Assembly: GCF_000315625.1 (NCBI RefSeq)
Contig: NW_005434554.1
Coordinates: 123,297-187,296 of the forward strand
DNA length: 64,000 nucleotides
Direction of reading: 5' to 3'
DNA from: Guillardia theta CCMP2712
Taxonomy: Eukaryota; Protista; Cryptophyta
Shown here in pieces: positions 1 to 17,486 of this stretch (the stretch's first letter is position 1; each line of letters starts with the position of its first letter). The notes under the pieces were generated by a model. The model did not search any database, was not told where the DNA came from, and was given only the letters and a program-made list of their open reading frames with translations. Made by a program: the position numbers and the translations under genes.

Positions 1-173
1 AGGAGGAGGGGGAGGAAGAGGACGAGGGAGGAGGAGGAGGAGGAGGAGGAGGTGGTGGTGGTGGTGGTGGTGGTGGAGGAGGAGGAGGAGGAGGAGGAGG
101 AGGAGGAGGTGGAAGAGGAGGAGGAGGAGGAGGAGGAGGAGGTGGTGGTGGTGGAGGTCTGACAATTCCCAAG

Positions 174-4801
<4,628 letters not shown>

Positions 4802-4815
4802 TGAGAACGATTGAT

Positions 4816-6218
<1,403 letters not shown>

Positions 6219-7487
6219 NNNNNNNNNNNNNNNNNNNNNNNNNNNNNNNNNNNNNNNNNNNNNNNNNNNNNNNNNNNNNNNNNNNNNNNNNNNNNNNNNN
6301 NNNNNNNNNNNNNNNNNNCCTCCTCCTCCTCCTCCTCCTCCTCCTCCTCCTCCTCATCCTCATCCTCATCATCATCATCTCGTTCTGCATCCTTGCATGT
6401 TCCTATTTCCAGCGAACTTCTTGTGAAAAAAAAATTGATCAGTTAGTGTAAAACCGTAGAGGCTTCAACTTGTGCCAACCGTACCAGGCCCAGTCCGGAT
6501 TGCCCGGCGCGCCGCGGCGGCGAGTCACTGAGCCTGAGGAGTCCGGCCCTCAGGCTGGCGCGGCCCGCGGTCGCTGTCTGTCCTCGTTAACGAAAAATCC
6601 ACAACCTTTTGTATTCATAAAGTGGTGTGTCCTGGTACAAATTTCACCGACAGTTCGTTAAATTTCACTAGTAACCGTTTTCAACGGTAAACGTACAGAC
6701 AGTAGCCTACCGCTGACAGTGGACTTGAGTCAGTTAGTTTCAAGCTGCCGCGCGGCGCGCCGGCGCCGCGTGCCGCTCGGACGCCCGGCCCGGGGGGCAC
6801 TGTACTACGGTACCGCCGATGGTCACCGCCGGGTGCGCCGGGCCCGGCTAGCAGCGGGGATGAGGGGCGATTGGGGGAGGCTGTAAGGTGATTGAAAATC
6901 AAGTTATAAGTGAGACAATGGCGGCGAGGGAGCGGAGGGAGAGGGGAAGGAGGAGGGGGAGGGGGGGCAGACGACTAGAGGAGGAGGGAGAGGAGAGATA
7001 GAGGGAAGGAGGGGAAGAGTGTGTTTGGAGGTATAGAAGAGAGAGAAGAAGAAGAATAGAGGCAGGGAGAGATAAGAGGGAGAGGGAGTGAGACAGGGAG
7101 AGAGAGGAGTGAATGGAGAGAAGAAATTGGGGGAGAGAAGAGGAGAGGAGTGAATTCAGAGGAAGCGAACAAGGAAGATATGGGATGAGACAGGAGCAGG
7201 TGCAAGAGCGGCGAGCAGAGGTTGGCACTGTTATCGGGGGGCAGTGGGAGCAGGGATTTGCAGGGGGCAGGAGGCAAGGGGGTCGATCAATGAACGGAAG
7301 GTGTAAGAGAGAGAGCAGAGAAGAGAGGCCCAAGGAACACGGGAATGATTGAGGCCCAGGAGATAAGATGGAGAAGGGGAGTGCTGGTATTGAGGGGGAC
7401 GCACATATCGTTCTCACCTTCGCTGACGTCGGTACTTGCAGAAGTTCCATGGACTGAGTCGATCGCTTCCCTCACTCTTCCTCAGCC

Positions 7488-9696
7488 ATGCTAGTCAAGA
7501 CTCCTCACCTCCCTCGTCTCGGCCTCCCCCTCCTCCTCATAGCCACAAGCGTCGCCTTGGAGCGCAGGCCCCTGCGAGCAGCCTTCCTGTCATGCAGCGT
7601 CGGACATGGAGGACTGTCTCGCAAGCCTTCTCATCGCGTGCAGCTGCGAGCATGCGCTGCCAGCCTTGACGGACCGGAAGACAAGAGGCCACGAGCTCTC
7701 GTCCGTGAGGCTCGCCTTGCGCTCATCCAAGCTGAGCTGGCGGAGCGACGGGCGATGGAGCTGAAGGGGAGACAAGGGATGGACCTTCTGCCCGACCTCG
7801 AGGGCTGGATCCGAGTGAAGCTGCTGTGGCGGAGGATGGGAAACGCCTTGTACCGCACGTGGATCCGAGTTTTCATGGAGGTGGCGTCCTCCGACCCCCT
7901 GCGGCTCTACAAGAGTTCGCCCTTCATGGACGAGCGGGAGCGAAAGCGGCTGATTGACGAAGCCTTTAACCAGCTGGAGCTGCATGCCGGCAGTGTTGAT
8001 CGCAGGAGCTTGACGGATGTGGTGGCGCGAGCATGGGGTAAGCTGCCGGCAAGCAGCGTGGTGGACAAGCTCATGGAAGAATGCGACGCTAACCAGGACG
8101 GACGGATCGACCGCGAGGAGTTCGAAGACGCGGTCAGAGCTCTGCTAGACTACAGCGACGCCAAGGGGATGCAAGTGCTGCTGCGGCAGCGAGCGGTGGA
8201 GGAGAGAGCAGCGATCTTGGAGGCTCTGAAGCAAGTGAAGCTCGAAGGAGGAGGAGCGCAAACCGCCAAGGACCTTGACAACCTCCGTCTCGACGGCAGA
8301 ATCAAACTGTGGAACAGCGCCAGCGTCGTGCTCGACAACACGACCAACGAGCGTGTCAAGGCAGAGACTAACATCGCGAACCTTGAGGAGCAGCTCGGGC
8401 TCCGGCCGAGTCTCTTCACGCGGTTCAGGTACGTGGGGGTTCGGTACCTCGGCATCATCGGCTTCTTGCTCCTCGTCATGGCCAACCACGCCAAGGCAAC
8501 GCTGGCAGGAAGCATCGCACAGGCGCTGGGAGCTTTCTCCTGCCTCGTCTACCTGGTCTTCGTCATCTTCGCACGTCAGATCGACCGTCTCCTCCAGAGG
8601 ATCAAAGTCCACATGGCCCCAGACGGGTCTGGCCGCGACAGGTGGGCTCGTCGCGAGGCTGGTCGGCTGCTTGCGGCCTACGTGCATGGCGTTCCGATTG
8701 CAGCCGTTGCTCGTCCACATCCCGGGCTTCGTGAAGTTGCCGTGTACCCGCGGAGGGAGGGCGAGTGGGACATGCAGGAGCTGCAGCGCTCCATCTCTGT
8801 GGACGGATACATGTCGGCAGGGCTGAGCAAGTCGCAGCTGCACAAGCAGGCGGCGATCCAGATGACAGGGCTGATGGCTGAGGCTATGAAGCACGGCAAT
8901 GCGATCGAAGGGTTTAGATACCTCGCCGTGCTCGAGAGGTCTTCCTCCTTTCCTGACCCTCCTCCCTCCTCCTTGTCCCCTCATTCTCTTCGTTTCCCCT
9001 CCACCACTTGTCTTCCTCTACCTCCTCCTTTCATCCCTCCTGTTGTTCATTCTGCTCACTTGCCGCAGACTTGTACTCTTCAGTCAACGGCCCTTGTCGC
9101 GCGAGGATCGACAGGTGCAAGCTTCCCAGCAGGAGCCCAACAAGCTGATCGCCTTGACAGGCACTCTTGCGGTGGGGAGTAGTGCATGGGCACCGGCTGC
9201 TCAAGCAGCATGCGGCAGCGTTCGAAGGGATGGTGAAGAGCTTTCAGGTTGGCACCGACCTCGAGGAACGACTTCACTGACTGCACTGCTAGCAAGGAGA
9301 CGAGCTGCATCAGGTGGTCGGGGAGCTGGAGACAGCAGGAGGCGTATCCTACGAGCGACATCTCAAGGTCCTTGCGCTCTTCCCCATCCTCCCATCTCAC
9401 TTGCAGCAGATGCTCGAAGCAGAAGATGAGACGCCTCAGGGCGGCACCAGATCCCCGTCAGCTGGAAGCCAGATAGAGGCGGCGGCTGCGGCAGCGGAGG
9501 AGGAGGAGGTCGACTACTCGCAGGTCTTCATCCCCTCTTGCTCTACAAGCATGACAGCTGCTCAGGCTCTGGACACGAGCATGAAGCGATCGTTGGAGCG
9601 GCTTGACGATGCCATAGCGACAAGGTGGAAGGGAGCGTTCCGAGATTCGGCTGAGCCTGAAGCAGGTCCAAGACGGAGGCATCAGACAAGTCATGA
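7488..9696 (+). CDS. Signal-peptide membrane protein with an EF-hand pair, two TM helices and a VIR3/FtsH(M41)-like domain; probably plastid-directed
   Basis: Hydrophobic N-terminus; canonical EF loop DANQDGRIDREE; two TM stretches; WARREAGRLLAAYVHGVPI matches the M41-like HEAGH helix; GLMAEAMKHGNAIEG. Small 3' introns lead to ...RSKTEASDKS* at 9694-9696. Confidence 0.7.
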
Positions 9697-9712
9697 CGAG
9701 GCGAAGAACAAT

Positions 9713-10474
9713 TCAAGTGTTTGCATGTTTCTTGCGAGCATGAAGAAGCTGCTTCACTTGCTTCCGCTGCTGCCGCTCCCTCTCGATCCTCTCCTTCTCT
9801 TCCTTGCTCTGCGCATGCTCTTCGACCAGCGCGGAGCGTCGCTGCTCCCGCTGACGTGTGTCGGGGACGAGCAGCATCTCAATGCCCTGAGCTGCCGCCG
9901 CCGCCGCAACTCGCTCGTTGTCGTTCCTCACTCGCGAGAGCACACGTCGAACTCCAGCGGCCTGCAGCGCCATGAAGCAGTTCTTGCAAGGTGGCATGCT
10001 GATGTACGCGTCGCTCCCTTCCACCGCCACTCCTCTGCGTGCACAGGCAGAGATGGCATTGATCTCAGCATGCACGTCCGAGGCCATGGGCGTGTACAAG
10101 GGTGTGTTGGTGGCCATAGCGAGTACCTGCCGATCCTTCACGAGCACACACGCCATGTGCCCTCCGCGGCATCGCGAGTTGCGGGTGAGGAGGAGTACAA
10201 GGTCCATGTAGTTCTCGTCCTGGGGCAGCTCCTCCAAGTAGACCCAACCAAACCGTCGCAAGCCTCCTTCTCCCTCTTCCCTCATGGTGTCAGGAAATAC
10301 TTGTGCAGGTATCCCTCTATCGATCGGCAGCTCTGCAAGATCCTCCTCCTCTCTCCATGCTGGTCTCCTCTCCTCTCGTTGCTCGTCTTCCTCCTTCCCT
10401 CCTGACTGTTCCTTTTCCTCCTCCTCGTCCTTCACCCGCAGCTTGTCCATCGCTTCCAGCCCCGCGCACGCCAT
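9713..10474 (-). CDS. Zn-dependent cytidine/dCMP-type deaminase family protein (single exon)
   Basis: HAEINAI and SMPPCKNC motifs; charged C-terminal tail. Confidence 0.88.
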   Translation of the reverse strand: MACAGLEAMDKLRVKDEEEEKEQSGGKEEDEQREERRPAWREEEDLAELPIDRGIPAQVFPDTMREEGEGGLRRFGWVYLEELPQDENYMDLVLLLTRNSRCRGGHMACVLVKDRQVLAMATNTPLYTPMASDVHAEINAISACARRGVAVEGSDAYISMPPCKNCFMALQAAGVRRVLSRVRNDNERVAAAAAAQGIEMLLVPDTRQREQRRSALVEEHAQSKEEKERIERERQQRKQVKQLLHARKKHANT

Positions 10475-10627
10475 TGCGTGTTCGTCCGACCCCAACACAC
10501 ACACCGTTACGTAGGGTAGGGTAATTCAAGTACAGGTGGTGGTATAAGAAAAAATATGGAGAGAGTATAGGGTGGGTAGTTCTTTTGGAGCAATGAGGGT
10601 AGGGTAGGGGGAAGAAGGAGCAACTTC

Positions 10628-11360
10628 ATGGGAGAGGAGGTGAAGTACGACGACGGTGGAAGATACGTGGGAGGCGTTAGAGGAGGAGGAGGAGGAGGAG
10701 GAGGAGGAGGAGGAGGAGGACGAGGTGGTGGAGGAGGAGGAGGAACGGTGAAAGGAGGAGGGGGCGCAGTGAGGCGAGATGGGTTTGGGACCTATTTCTA
10801 CCCCAACGGCGACGTGTTCCAAGGTCACTTTGTGTGCGGGAGACGACATGGGCAAGGAGTGTACAAGTACTCGGAGGGAGGCATCTACGATGGGGAGTGG
10901 TCGCACGACAAGATGCATGGCAAGGGGAGGTTCACCTACGCATCAGGTAATGTGTATGAGGGGCTGTGGTTCGAGGACGTACCACACGGGGTGGGAAAGT
11001 TCACGGAGGGAGATGTTGTCCAGGTGATAGAGCACAACATGGGCAAGGTATGTCCTGCTTCCTCTGCTGCTCATGAAGAACTTGTAGCAGCCCCTCCTTG
11101 CTCGCTCTCTGGGCTTGCTTGGGCGGTTGGACTGATGATTATTGCGTCCACTTCTTTCGCTCCCTCATTGCTGGATTTGCATGACGATCTTGCAGGAAGT
11201 TCGACGTGAAGTGAAAAAGCAGCCACAGGAGGAGCAGAGAGATTGGCTCTCCTCCCTCTTCTCATGCAGCTCAATGCACCGCAGGTTGAATCTGCTAACA
11301 CACGCCGACATGTCTCAACTGTTTTATGGCAGTTACTCGCTCTGTACATGGAAGGGTTGA
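10628..11360 (+). CDS. MORN-repeat protein
   Basis: Repeats such as GFGTYFYPNGDVFQGHFVCGRRHGQGVYKYSEGGIYDGEWSHDKMHGKGRFTYASGNVYEGLW; probable intron from ~11047 to 11195. Confidence 0.85.
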
Positions 11361-11537
11361 AGCCTGTTGGTGGCACTGGAGGAGTGCGCATGTGTTATGA
11401 TGAAATGCAAAGGTAATAAGTCAAATGAAGTGATGAAAATACAATAGAATGAGGAGAAGATGAAGTCGAAACATCCATTCCTCGCCTCCTTCCCGTGTAC
11501 GCATCCCCTTCTCCTGATCTCCTCTCGTCTTATCACC

Positions 11538-12312
11538 TCACTTCCTCTTACGCTTCTTCCGTTTCGCGTTTGCTTCATCTTCTTGCTCATCTTCACGCTT
11601 CCCCTCCCCGTCCTCCTCCTTCATATCGTTCCCATGTGCGTGAATCATCGCTCGCGCCCACATCGCTCTTCCCACTGTCTCCGCATTCCATTCACCCCCC
11701 AGTGCCTTTGCCTTGGAGCTCAGAGCCTCAGCGAAGGACAGGTAAGTCGCCAGCGTGTACTCCCTTTTCATCCCACAGCCTTCGAGCGCCTCGTCTGACA
11801 TGAACGGGAAACGCTCGGGATCGATGTGCGCAAGGAGAGCGCTGGCCGTCGCTGGGCCGATGCCCTTCAGTTCGCAGAGCTTGTTCATCACATCCTTCAA
11901 CTTCGTCACATTCTTCTTGTTGCCTGCGCTGTCTCCGAGCATCTTCATCACTTCCCCTGTTACTTGTTGGACCTGCTGGTTGCTGTTCTTGCGCAATTGC
12001 CCCATGAGAGGGCGGAACTTCCCCTTCGTCAACTAACAGGCGTGAGCATTGAAGCAAGGAAAGGGCGCGGCTAACCTTCCAATTCATGACGATCTCCATA
12101 TCTTCCAGTTTCAGCCCGCGATCTTGTTCCACCTTGGTCGGCAGCTTCTTTCGTAGCCATTCATCCCAGGCCAGGAGCTCCTTCTCCTTCTTCTTGGATC
12201 TCCCGACTATGCTCATGGCAGTCTGATACATGAGCAGCGCTCTACCCCATTCCTCTGCCGATGTCACCTTGAACAGCCTCCGCGCTTCTGCGCTCCCTGC
12301 TCGCTCGGCCAT
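11538..12312 (-). CDS. Amun-like helix-hairpin-helix (DNA-glycosylase-fold) protein, 2 exons
   Basis: VMNWK|LTKGKFRP, LCELKGIGPATASALLA and PFMSDEA motifs; intron ~12033-12076; C-terminal NLS AKRKKRKRK. Confidence 0.75.
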
Positions 12313-13529
12313 TGTGATGGCAGCACTGAGTTCGTCGAGTAGTGTGCCAGCCTTCAGTGGCGGCGGGCCCGGTGAGAGTCGGTATCGTGACCGGGCCGCT
12401 GACCACCTGGACAGTGACTGCTCTGACTCCTCCGAACGGGCCTGCAGTCGTATCCGGGTTTGCTCCAGAAGTATCATTGCCCTCTACAGGATTTGAAATA
12501 TCCATCTCAAAATTTGTCGACATCCATTGCAAATTGAAATATGGGAAGGGATATGAATGCTTTTAGAACTTTTTAAAGAAATCTCCCGCATCCGATCTTG
12601 TCGCATCATTATATTCGAAAACCTCTTCTTTCGCTCAATGCGATTCCTTGAGAAGATCTCTTTTCGAGGACAGGAGGCCGCAGGGAAATGAAAAGGTCGA
12701 AACAGCCGCATCCCACCAGGACTCTGTCGGGACTGCCAGTATCCTGAGCTTGAAACGACGCGAGTTTTGAGACCTGCCTGTCAGCAGCGGCCCCACCCCG
12801 CGGCCTCGAGAGAACAATATCTCGGGGTCGAGTTCTGCCCTTGTCCCCACCTATAAATCATTTTGAGGCGAGCCCGACTGATGTGGTACCTTAGATGGAA
12901 ACTTTCCTTTCTTGCTTTCTAAAGTACCATGATGATGGTAGTGTAAATGGCAAGCTGGGAACGTTCCTCTTAAAGTACCATAGGAGGTCAGGCTTCCGAT
13001 CAGGTTCAATCCGTGCTTGCTGACCGGTGCCGGCCTCCATGACGTAGTGCTGACAGAAATCACATGGGACACCCTTGTGTTGAAGCCGCGGGGTGCCCGG
13101 TGCCTTGGGTGGGTGGTTCAGGAGTAATCCATGGGTGGTGTGGTACTGCTAAACCTCATAACTTCTAAAAGATGTCTTTCGAATCTTCAACTCTTCGATT
13201 TACTCCAAATCATCATGATCTCCGTGCTAAAACTCGGTACCAGAATTTATAGATGAAAGTCGAAAAGAGATTGTTTCAAGTACAGGGGCCGCATGGTGAA
13301 TGGCCCCTTTGGATTACTACCGATGAATCACGAGGGTTTTTTTTCTTCTTCGGTTTCCACCTTTATTAAAGAACCTTGACACGAAATCTCTTCATCCTCC
13401 TCCTCCACGCCCATACCTACACGCTCTTCACACCTGCAAACTACCTCCGACTCCTTCACCCCCTCGCTAGCTCTTCAACCCCTCTTCTTGTTCCAATCTC
13501 TGTGAACACATCAGCAACTGCAGACAGAC

Positions 13530-14504
13530 ATGATGGCAGATAGGACAATGGTCGACATCACGTGCGAAGCCGCGACTGAAGTCAAGAGCGAAGACATTTG
13601 CAGACTCCTGCGTAGCAACTTTACCGAAGAGATCTTCGAACGCCTCAAGTCCCCTGGCAACAGGTCGCCTCAGGACACAGACGAAGACGAGGACATGCCC
13701 TTCAACAAGGATGGAAGCAAGCGGAGCGTCAAGCCAGCAAGCTCCAAGAGACAACAACTGACGGCTGAGGAGGCATGTGAGATCTACATGCTGAGACCTA
13801 CACTGAACAAGGACGGAAGCATGAGACGAGGGAGCATGCTGCACTGCAAGTCTGTCGCACCCAAGTATGGCGTTACCCCAAAGACCATTCGCGATGTGTG
13901 GAGTGGCAGGAGCTGGGCAGAAGCCACGAAGCATCTGTGGACCCCCGAGGAAGTGAAGAGAAGGAGGGCCCTGCCCTTCGACCCCTTCCTGGAGAAGGAT
14001 GACGACTCTCTACAGACCTTCTTCCGCAGCCCCATCCAAGAGCCACTCCTGAAGGAGAAGTCCAGCAACATCTGGCAGGATTTCTCGTCAAGCATCACGG
14101 GGAGGAGCAGGGAGGCATCTCCTGTGGCTGCTGTCATCGAGCCGGCGAGCATGCAGAGCCTCTCGGGAGTCTCGAGCCCCATCCTCCAGCCCATGGTCCA
14201 GCAGCAGCTCATCCATCAACTCCAGCACAGCGCTGAGCGGGCCAGCCCTCCTCCTTCTCTACCCACCGTGCTTCCTGGGGTGGACCGCACGGTCGTGCAG
14301 AGTCTCCTCAATGTCCTGCAGATGCAGTCGCTGCAGAAGAGCTCTGTGCAGCTGAAGAGCCCCCTGTTCAACTTCGTGAGCGGCAGCGCTCCCTGTACAC
14401 TCCCGGGGATTCAGGCGTCTGTCGCCCTGACCCCAGGCTGCTTCTCGATGGCCTACAACGTCCAGCCTTGTTCCCCTACCTCCTCAGTGAGCATCAAGTA
14501 CTAG
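13530..14504 (+). CDS. Single-exon putative HTH DNA-binding protein
   Basis: 324-aa ORF containing LTAEEACEIY...VAPKYGVTPKTIRDVWSGRSW (HTH-like), followed by an S/P/Q-rich tail. Confidence 0.7.
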   Translation: MMADRTMVDITCEAATEVKSEDICRLLRSNFTEEIFERLKSPGNRSPQDTDEDEDMPFNKDGSKRSVKPASSKRQQLTAEEACEIYMLRPTLNKDGSMRRGSMLHCKSVAPKYGVTPKTIRDVWSGRSWAEATKHLWTPEEVKRRRALPFDPFLEKDDDSLQTFFRSPIQEPLLKEKSSNIWQDFSSSITGRSREASPVAAVIEPASMQSLSGVSSPILQPMVQQQLIHQLQHSAERASPPPSLPTVLPGVDRTVVQSLLNVLQMQSLQKSSVQLKSPLFNFVSGSAPCTLPGIQASVALTPGCFSMAYNVQPCSPTSSVSIKY

Positions 14505-14580
14505 TGGGTTGTAAGTGTTGAGTTGCCGTGTATATCGTAATAAATACTGTACAATAGTGCGAGAGTGGCGCATCCCTGTG

Positions 14581-17301
14581 CTATTGCTGGCATGCTCCCT
14601 GTCCCCCTTGCCCCTCCAGCCTCTCCCTCAGGGCCCCCAGCAGCGGCTTCACGTTCTTGTCGTCTCTTGCCATCCCCAGCAGCTCGCTGGGTATGTTGCG
14701 AACCATCGGGTTCCCTGCGATGGACCTGAGGAGGAGAGGAGGGAACTAGTCAAGTCGAGGGAGCGGGAGGAGTGGGAGCAACTCACAGGCTGTAGAGCCA
14801 AGTCATCTCCAGCAGAGAGCCCTGCTCATGGATCATCAGCAAAGAGAGGTTAAGAGGGCTGGCTGACCACTTGGACGATGCGGTTGCCCTCCACGTCGAG
14901 GTGCCGCAACGATGTCAGTGTTGCGATGTCGTCGTGCAGCTGCGAATGAAGTCAGAGGAGGAGGCCGGGGAAGGGTCAAGAGTGGTGGCCGTTGGAAGAT
15001 CAGATGAAGTTGGGAGGTGAAAGATGAGGCAAGATTGTTGGGTGGCACAAGATCAAGTACCGAATCCAATTTGTTCTGGTACAACCCAAGCCATCTCAGC
15101 TTGCGCAGTTGAAGGATGCAAGAGCTTGGAAAGGGTCAGAGGAGGAAAGGGGAGCGGTGGGGGAAGAGGAGAGGGGGAGGGGAAGGGAGACAGGGAGAGG
15201 GAGAGGGAGAGGGAGAGGAAGGTCCTCACGGGATGGGCCCTGAGAGCGAACACAGGGAGGCAGAGAGAACCATCAGGGTAGAGAGGCAGCCAAGGGAGTC
15301 TGGTAGGGTCGTGACGGAGTTGGAGTGGATAGATAGGTGTGCTCTGCGAGGAAGGTGAGAAGGAAGGGGAGGCTAGGGAACGGGATGTTACAGGTTCCTG
15401 CAGGACAGGGTCCACATGGGGAAGCCTGACAGGCTGGTCTTGACAGAGGTTCAATGTCAACTCTATGATCGCAAGGTTTGCTCACCTTGTAGAAATCGAG
15501 GGAGAGGATGGTGTTGTTGCAGAGCTCGTGCATGTCGCCCGTGTTGCTGAAGAGAGATTCGTTCCGCCCGACCGAGAAAGTCTGCAATCTAGGATGTTGC
15601 AGGAGGTACGCCGGGATCTTCTTGAGATCGTTGGAGTGGACGTGGAGCTGGCACAGACTAGTCATGTCAAGGACAAAGTCTGACACAAAGGCAGGTAAGA
15701 CAACGTTGAAAGCACAACACCTCTACCGGGCAGGCTCTGCAGTCGATTCGAAGTCATGTTCAGGTAGGTCAAACAACCCAGACTTGTCAGCATGTCCGGG
15801 AACACGCCGATGTTGTTTCTCCCCTGCAACCCCCCACTCACTGGCGATCAGCAAAGCGCCTCCACTTCCACCTCACCAGCTCAAGTTTCGTCAAACTCGA
15901 CATGCTCTGCACGCACTTTGGTAGCCAAGTCAACCAACACTCGTGCAAGCTGAAGGTTCGCATGTTCACGAAGTTGTCAAATTTCTCCAAGCAGCGGTCC
16001 TGCAGAGTGTTTGACCCAAGGTTCAGCCGGGTGAGCGAGCTGAGAAGCGACATCTCGGGGGGCAGATCAAACACCCCCCCGCCCTGTGCTTGCAGCTCCA
16101 GCACCTCCAGCCTCGTCCACTGCTTCACTTCTGCGGGCAGACGCGTGAAGTTGTTGCAAGATAGATCGAGACACTTGAGGTCCAAGTCCAGCAGCCAGGT
16201 CGGGAAGCCATCGTCGCTCATCCGCAGCCCCGAGAGGTCTACGTCACTCAACAAGTTGAACGCGAGTGTCACCGGGATCGCCGTCCGGGCTCCTTCCGGG
16301 TCCCCATCATTTCCTAGAGCGAGAACTTCCAGGTTGGTGAAGCGGGTGATCCAGCCGGGAACGTTGGGGATCGCGTTGTACCCGAGGTCGAGGAACTGCA
16401 GGTTAGCGAAGCTTCTGATCACCGCTGGGAACTCGTTCAGACAGTTCCCTCCCAGGATGAGGGTGGTAAGGTTTGTGAGCTGATCGTAGCTTCGAGGCAG
16501 CTTCCTAAGGCGATTCATGGAGAGGTTAAGGTGCTTCAGCCTTTCCAGGTTTGTGAGGACAGACAGGTCTTCCACATTCTCATTGAACAAGTTCCCTCCC
16601 AGATCGAGGTGCTCCAGCCTGGTGCAGATGTAGAATGCATCCTGGAACGGCGCGATACTTGAGATGTCCAGGTGTCCGAGGTCCAGCAAAGTCAAGTTTG
16701 GCAGGTCAGAGAGCATGACCAGAGTCTCTTCGATCCCTTGGTCTTGCAACCCACAATCAGACAACTTCAAGCTGGTCAGTTCTGTATTCTCGGACAAGAC
16801 CCTGATCAACGTCGTACTAGTCAGATCCTCCCGCCTCAGTTCGCTCGCGCACTCAAAGTAGTCCTGGTCTGTTGAGCCGTCTACCCATTCTTGAAAGCCG
16901 GTTGAAATATCCAGCTCTGTCAGTTTGCACTTGGCTCTTGCCACGATGTTCTCGAGTCTTTCGTCATTCAGAGGGATCAGGGCAGGCCATCGAAATCTCC
17001 TCCAAAACTGATCTGATTCTAGAAGCTGAGCCCACCTTTTGCATACACACCGAGCTACAACATGTAGGCAATGTTCAGTCGTGAAATGAATAATCAGCAA
17101 ATCGCATGCCAGGAGAAATTGGACTACAATTAGGAATGATGCTCACAAAGGAATTATTGATCAGGACAGAAGACACCTACCTCGCAGAAGCGCAGGGATA
17201 TTTAGTTCGAGCTCTTGCAAACATATCGCGAGCTCCTCGTCTCTCATAGACACATTCATGCTTGTTTCCCCTTCCGTCTTGCTCAGCCTGTGTAATCTCA
17301 T
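14581..17301 (-). CDS. F-box-like + leucine-rich repeat protein, multi-exon
   Basis: VVARCVCKRWAQL F-box-like end; many LxxLxLxxN repeats in the 15838-17100 ORF and in downstream exons; LRR cap NIPSELL...ALRERL. Start may lie further upstream, to ~17555. Confidence 0.85.
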
Positions 17302-17367
17302 GAGTCTGAAACAGTGGAGTCTGTTCAGTTCCAATCTAATGAGGGTTTCTCCTCCTTATCATCTTAC

Positions 17368-17486
17368 TCCTCTCCTCTCCTCTCCTCTCCTCTCCTCTCC
17401 TCTCCTCTCCTCTCCTCTCCTCTCCTCTCCTCTCCTCTCCTCTCCTCTCTTCTCCTCTCATCTCCTCTCCTCTCCTCTCCTCTCCT
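17368..17486. repeat. (CTCCT)n pentanucleotide repeat
   Basis: Direct reading. Confidence 0.9.

Noticed and set aside
9314-10405. 363-aa plus-strand ORF overlapping the deaminase
   Set aside because: The 5' part consists of exons of the 7488 gene, which splices to a stop at 9696; the rest is an antisense shadow.
12980-13030. GGTTCAATCC inside a GGTCAG..CTGACC stem
   Set aside because: Too short and lacks tRNA arms.
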